Virus record (IMG/VR): IMGVR_UViG_2860903427_000006
Location: 1 to 64,000 of that record
DNA: 64,000 bases
Source: an uncultured virus (IMG/VR IMGVR_UViG_2860903427_000006)
Lineage: Duplodnaviria > Heunggongvirae > Uroviricota > Caudoviricetes
Strand: one strand, 5' to 3'
Shown here: positions 62,626 through 64,000 of the stretch, in pieces
How positions within the stretch are numbered: position 1 is the stretch's first letter
How the letters are laid out: the number at the start of each line of letters is the position of its first letter
Translations under genes and position numbers: made by a program
The notes under the pieces: generated by a model
Databases searched by the model: none
Told to the model about the DNA's origin: nothing
Seen by the model: only the letters and a program-made list of their open reading frames with translations

Positions 62626-63861
62626 TCACTCCGGGGCAGCCTGCTCCAACCGATCCAGATAATCAGCCCAGTCTTGCATCATCGCCCTTCGACGCTCAAC
62701 GTGCGCGGCATGGTTGTATGCCGCCCGCGTCTTGTTGGGATCGGCATGGGAGAGCTGGCCCTCGATCAACGTCGTGTCGTAGCCCATTTCATGCAGCGCA
62801 GTCGAGAAAGTCCCTCGCAACCCATGACCAGTCAGTAGCCCGTCGAACCCAAGGCGCTTGATCGCCTGGTTGATGGTGTTCTCGCTCATCATCTTCGTTG
62901 GGTCATTTCTACCAGCGAACGCGAACGGGTATTTGCCCGTCTTCTGCAGCAATCCCCTGACCTCCTCAATCGCTTGCCGTGACAGCGGCACGATATACGG
63001 CGGCACCTCTTCCCCGTCCTTGCGCACCCTGCCGCGCAATTGCTTCACCCTTCCGGGCGGGACAGTCCATATCCCCTTTTCTAGATCGAAATCTGCCGGC
63101 GCAGCCTTTCGAAGCTCGATCGTACGTACCGCCGTCAGAAGCATCAGACGAACGGCGATCCTTGTGATTTCGGACCCTTGGTAAGACCGCAGTCTCACAA
63201 GAAGGGCTGGAAGCTCTTCGCCATCATGCGCAAGAATCGGATTGTGCTCAGTCGGTGGTTGTTCTTTCGCCAGAATGTCCAGGTCCGAGGCAGGGTTGTC
63301 CTCTCGTAACCCGGCCGCGATCCCAACGCGGAAGATCTGGCGTAACCAACTCCGCGCCTTCTCCGCGACGTGCAGCGCTCCCCGGCGCTCGATGGCTCCG
63401 ACAACCGCAGCCAGGTCACGACGGTGAATTTCGCGAAACTTCATATTCGCCAGGGCCGGGTACAGGTCATTGTCCAATACTCTGCGCGCCTGGTTTGCGC
63501 TGCCTTTCCGGCTATCGTCCGCCCAGCGCCCCTGTTTCAACGCCAGCCACTGTTCAGCCACGTGTCGAAACGTCTCCTCGACGCTGACCGTCTTCCGGTC
63601 CGCTCGATGCTGCCCCCGCGGATCGATGCCTTGGGCCACCAACGAACGCGCCTCGTCACGGCGTTGCCGGGCATCACGCAGGCTCAACTCGGGATACGTC
63701 CCAAGCGACACTCGCTTCTGCTGACCATTCAGCGAAAAGCGGAAGTGCCAGCTTTTGGTGCCCTTGTGTGAAACAAAGAGAGAGAGGCCGTCAATGTCGG
63801 CGAGGGTGTAGTCTTTAGCTTCTGCTTTTGCCTGGCGGACAGCAGTATCCGTGAGCGGCAT
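62626..63861 (-). CDS. int: tyrosine integrase (P4-like, arm-binding N-terminus)
   Basis: MPLTD..VR.AK...D..GL.L...G.K.W.FR...LG.YP..SL..AR; R, HGLR, QLSH, AYN catalytic residues. Confidence 0.96.
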   Translation of the reverse strand: MPLTDTAVRQAKAEAKDYTLADIDGLSLFVSHKGTKSWHFRFSLNGQQKRVSLGTYPELSLRDARQRRDEARSLVAQGIDPRGQHRADRKTVSVEETFRHVAEQWLALKQGRWADDSRKGSANQARRVLDNDLYPALANMKFREIHRRDLAAVVGAIERRGALHVAEKARSWLRQIFRVGIAAGLREDNPASDLDILAKEQPPTEHNPILAHDGEELPALLVRLRSYQGSEITRIAVRLMLLTAVRTIELRKAAPADFDLEKGIWTVPPGRVKQLRGRVRKDGEEVPPYIVPLSRQAIEEVRGLLQKTGKYPFAFAGRNDPTKMMSENTINQAIKRLGFDGLLTGHGLRGTFSTALHEMGYDTTLIEGQLSHADPNKTRAAYNHAAHVERRRAMMQDWADYLDRLEQAAPE

Positions 63862-63909
63862 AGTACATTCCTGGAAAAACCAAATTCAGATGTACTGAGA
63901 AATGTACTA
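63861..63909. repeat. integrase arm-type sites at the int start
   Basis: TAGTACATT (63861), GATGTACTG (63889), AATGTACTA (63901). Confidence 0.75.
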
Positions 63910-64000
63910 AAAAAACGCGGCTGGTGGCGAATTGTGGCGGAAGCCAACGGAAGAGCTTAATCGGCTGCAAGCCCCGAAATTACTGCGCTTGCGAAGGATC

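Larger units (their letters stand above)
702..64000. mobile_element. F116-like temperate prophage (>63 kb, right boundary outside the window)
   Basis: att core, integrase/AlpA, cI/cro, replication, terminases, P22-like portal, N4-gp56-like capsid, giant internal virion protein and lysis cassette in F116-like order. Confidence 0.92.

Overview
Almost the whole window (about 702 to beyond 64000) is one apparently near-intact temperate podophage prophage of the F116/H66-like type in a Pseudomonas aeruginosa-like host. It is integrated at the 3' end of a tRNA-Leu: a 17-bp att core lies at 702-718, the downstream host tRNA-His at 560-636, and the other att end is outside the window past the integrase. 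Left to right: a LexA-box-controlled accessory cassette (SRAP); a lysis cassette (holin, SAR-type lysozyme, Rz/Rz1); a 3851-aa polyvalent internal virion protein with an N6-adenine MTase and two HExxH domains; tail, fibre and head genes; portal and terminases; nin-like and replication genes with an iteron origin; a lambda-like cro/cI switch with identifiable operators; a long early operon (CsrA fusion, annealing protein, exonuclease, SSB, RdgC-FtsK-gamma, two orphan MTases); AlpA-type excisionase and integrase. The strongest candidate new system is post-transcriptional: an exact 12-mer GCGC-AGGA-GTGC hairpin, resembling a Csr/Rsm site, sits just upstream of three tail-gene start codons, beside a small CsrA-fold-like ORF inside the virion module, and the phage also carries a canonical CsrA fused to a duplicated domain. 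Other leads are a 4-copy late-promoter motif with a candidate activator, a RyR-domain head-module protein, an SSB whose acidic tip is masked, and a dual-use att promoter. All family calls come from motif recognition by eye; no searches were run.
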